Below, piece after piece: positions 61,438 to 64,000 of a DNA stretch of 64,000 bases. The notes below the pieces were generated by a model. The model was not told the origin of the DNA, ran no database searches, and worked only from the letters and a program-made list of their open reading frames with translations. Position numbers and translations under genes: made by a program. Numbering within the stretch: position 1 is the stretch's first letter; every line of letters begins with the position of its first letter. This stretch comes from an uncultured Candidatus Rokubacteria bacterium (lineage in GTDB: Bacteria; Methylomirabilota; Methylomirabilia; Rokubacteriales; CSP1-6), in assembly GCA_963789955.1 (NCBI GenBank), contig CAWBMV010000037.1:448001-512000 (forward strand), read 5' to 3'.

Positions 61438-62167
61438 GGTGCGCGACCTCGTCAAGGTCTTCGACGGCTTCGTGGCCGTCGGGGGCGTCAGTCTCGACGC
61501 GCCCCGCGGCAGCATCGGCGCCATCATCGGCCCCAACGGCGCCGGCAAGACGACCCTCTTCAATCTGATCACCGGCCATCTCGAGCCCGATCGCGGCCAC
61601 GTGAAGCTCAACGGCGTCGACGTGACCGGCGTCGCGCCGCACGATCTCTGCCGGCTCGGCGTGGGCCGCTCGTTCCAGCGGACCAACATCTTCCCGCGCC
61701 TCACGGTCTTCGAGAATGTCCAGGCCGCGTTCCTCTCGCATCGCGGACGCGGCTGGAACCTCGTGACACCGGTCGAGCGCCTGTATCGGGACGAGACGCT
61801 CGGGCTGCTCGAATCGATCGGGCTCATGGACCGGGCGGGCGAGGTCGCGGGCTTTCTTTCGCACGGCGGCCAGAAGCAGCTCGAGCTGGGGCTCGCGCTG
61901 GCCCTCGAGCCGGAGATCCTGCTGCTCGACGAGCCGACCGCCGGCATGTCGGCGACCGAGACGCGGGAGGCCATCCGGCTCATCGAGCGCATCGCGCGCG
62001 AGCGCGGGCTCACGCTGCTCTTCACCGAGCACGACATGGAGGTCGTCTTCTCGATCTCCGAGCGGATCACGGTGCTCCACCAGGGGCGTGTGATCGCCAA
62101 CGGAACGCCCGACGAGGTCCGGCGCGACGCAGGCGTGCGCCGCGTCTACCTCGGAGAGCGGCACTGA
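61430..62167 (+). CDS. LivG-type ABC ATPase
   Basis: GPNGAGKTT, LSHG, DEPTAGM, EHDM. Confidence 0.93.
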   Translation: MLEVRDLVKVFDGFVAVGGVSLDAPRGSIGAIIGPNGAGKTTLFNLITGHLEPDRGHVKLNGVDVTGVAPHDLCRLGVGRSFQRTNIFPRLTVFENVQAAFLSHRGRGWNLVTPVERLYRDETLGLLESIGLMDRAGEVAGFLSHGGQKQLELGLALALEPEILLLDEPTAGMSATETREAIRLIERIARERGLTLLFTEHDMEVVFSISERITVLHQGRVIANGTPDEVRRDAGVRRVYLGERH

Positions 62168-62883
62168 TGGCCGGGCCGTCCGAGCCGGTCCTCGCGGTCG
62201 AGGACATCCACACGGCCTATGGCTTGTCGCGCGTGCTGTTCGGGGTGTCGCTTCGAGTGGCGCCCGGCGAGTGCGTGTGTTTGCTCGGCCGCAACGGCGT
62301 CGGCAAGACCACGACCATGCGCTCGATCATGGGACTCACGCCGCCGGCGAGCGGCCGGGTCGTGTGGAAGGGCCGCGACATCACGCGCGAAGCGCCGTTC
62401 CGCGCGGCCGGCCTGGGCATCGGGTTCGTCCCGGAGGACCGCCGGATCTTCGCGGATCTCACCGTGTGGGAGAACCTCGACGTCGCCGAGCGCCGGACGC
62501 GGCCGGGCGGCTTCACGACCGAGCGCGTGTTCGACCTGTTTCCGGCGCTCCGCCAGCTCCGCGACCGGCCGGGCGGCTTCTTGTCCGGCGGCGAGCAGCA
62601 GATGCTGACGATCGCGCGAACGTTGATGGGGAATCCCGAGCTCTTGCTCCTCGACGAGCCCTCCGAGGGCCTGGCGCCGCTCGTGGTCGATCACCTGCAG
62701 GAGCAGATCGGCCGGCTCAAGGCCGACGGGCTCACGATCTTGCTCGCTGAGCAGAACGTGGACTTCTCGCTCGATCTCGCGGATCGCGTCTACGTGCTCG
62801 AGAAGGGGCACATTCGCTACGAGGGCACGTCGCGTGAGTTCCGCGAGAACGCGTCGATCCGCCAGCAGTACCTGGCGCTCTAG
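62167..62883 (+). CDS. LivF-type ABC ATPase
   Basis: GRNGVGKTT, LSGGEQQML, DEPSEGLAP. Confidence 0.93.
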   Translation: MAGPSEPVLAVEDIHTAYGLSRVLFGVSLRVAPGECVCLLGRNGVGKTTTMRSIMGLTPPASGRVVWKGRDITREAPFRAAGLGIGFVPEDRRIFADLTVWENLDVAERRTRPGGFTTERVFDLFPALRQLRDRPGGFLSGGEQQMLTIARTLMGNPELLLLDEPSEGLAPLVVDHLQEQIGRLKADGLTILLAEQNVDFSLDLADRVYVLEKGHIRYEGTSREFRENASIRQQYLAL

Positions 62884-63254
62884 GCCCTGGCCAGCGCCCG
62901 CTGAACGGCGTTGAAGAACGTTTCCTCGTCGAACGGTTTGGCGAGAAAGTCGACCGCGCCTCCCTCCCTCGCTCGCTCGGCCAGCGGAACGTCGCCGTGG
63001 CCGGTCATGAAGATGATGGGGATGTCGTGACCGGCGACCGCCAGCACCTCCTGCAGCTCGAGCCCATTTTGGCCCGGCATCCTGATGTCGAGGACGAGAC
63101 AGGCGAGCCGCGCGCAGTCACCTCGCTCGAGAAATCCACGCGCCGACGCGTACGTCTCGACCCCGAAACCCTGCGATCGGAGCAACCGAGAGAGACTTCG
63201 CCGGACCGATGGGTCATCGTCGATCACGGCGACGATCACCTCGCCCTGGCTCAC
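62880..63254 (-). CDS. FixJ/TodT-like single-domain response regulator
   Basis: IDDDPSVR, VLDIRMP, TGHGD, FLAKPF. Confidence 0.9.
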   Translation of the reverse strand: MSQGEVIVAVIDDDPSVRRSLSRLLRSQGFGVETYASARGFLERGDCARLACLVLDIRMPGQNGLELQEVLAVAGHDIPIIFMTGHGDVPLAERAREGGAVDFLAKPFDEETFFNAVQRALARA

Positions 63255-64000
63255 GCCGACTCCTTGCCGGCGACAGGAAGCGAGAAGTGGAACGTCGCTC
63301 CTCCCAGCGAATTGTCGACGGCCCAGATGAGTCCGCCGTGAGCCTCGATGATGGACTTCGAGATCGCGAGGCCCATTCCCATCCCCGAGGACTTCGTGGT
63401 GTAGAACGGTTCGAACACCAGGTGTTGCGTGCCCTGGCGGAATCCCGTCCCGGCGTCCTGCACGGACACGTGGACCGCCTCGACCTCGGTGTTCTCGGTC
63501 CGCACCGTGATGGTCCGCTCGTCCTCGGCACACTCGGCCATCGCCTCCATGGCGTTGAGGAGCAGATTCAGGACCACCTGCTGCAGCTGAACGCCGTCCC
63601 CGCTGACGAACACCGGATCCGGGTCGAGCTCCAGCCTGACCGAGAGGTTGCGAATGATCGCATCGCTGCTCAGGAGCTTTGCCACGTCCCGGATCACGAC
63701 ATTGAGATCGAGGAGCCTGAACTGGACGTCCTCCTTCCGGAGCAGGCTACGCAGACGCCGGATGACCTCGCCCGCACGCTTGTCGTCGTCGACGATGTCC
63801 TTCAGGATCTCCCGGACCTCGAGGAGATCGGGCGGCGTCGCCTCCAGGAAGCGCAGGCCGGCCTGAGCGTTGGCGAGAATCCCGGTCAGCGGTTGGTTCA
63901 GCTCGTGAGCCAGCGACGCGGTCAGCTCGCCCATCGTCGAGACGCGCGTGAAGTGCGCCAGCTCCTGGCGGCTCTGCTGCGCTTCGAGCTCTGCACGCTT
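63251..64000 (-). CDS. FixL/NtrB-type sensor histidine kinase, C-terminal part (partial at window edge)
   Basis: AHELNQPL H-box, NLLLNA N-box, DAGTG, FYTTK, GMGMGL. Confidence 0.93.
   Translation of the reverse strand, partial: KRAELEAQQSRQELAHFTRVSTMGELTASLAHELNQPLTGILANAQAGLRFLEATPPDLLEVREILKDIVDDDKRAGEVIRRLRSLLRKEDVQFRLLDLNVVIRDVAKLLSSDAIIRNLSVRLELDPDPVFVSGDGVQLQQVVLNLLLNAMEAMAECAEDERTITVRTENTEVEAVHVSVQDAGTGFRQGTQHLVFEPFYTTKSSGMGMGLAISKSIIEAHGGLIWAVDNSLGGATFHFSLPVAGKESA

Overview
High-GC bacterial chromosomal window (spot counts about 70% GC). The gene content suggests a soil/sediment lineage such as Ca. Rokubacteria, but this is low-confidence inference. About 20 genes carry single-base frameshifts, most likely long-read assembly errors. 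Contents in order: HU 3' end; cofD-cofC-cofE-npdG F420 operon; TusA plus an IscS-like protein lacking its PLP lysine; a candidate ~220-nt structured RNA; orphan ExeA/GspB; a GGDEF + HD-GYP pair; thiolase/DUF35; a molybdo-hydroxylase operon with two different large subunits; LigAB-like dioxygenase; MacAB-type exporter with AraC regulator; two proteases with a LuxR regulator; HpaB-like and enamidase-like genes; an uncharacterised His-motif membrane/periplasmic module leading a branched-chain ABC operon; nicotinamidase; a peptide ABC transporter; and a second branched-chain ABC system with a two-component pair. The best candidate for an undescribed system is a lower-GC three-gene island (51.8-57.2 kb): a cyclase-TPR protein, a PAP2/vanadium-haloperoxidase-fold enzyme with an N-terminal (GY)10 tail, and a divergent HExxH metallopeptidase. 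Several intergenic repeats are also present, including a ~73-bp element that supplies the putative RBS and the ATG of two unrelated genes 17 kb apart. All calls come from manual reading of the sequence; no searches were run.
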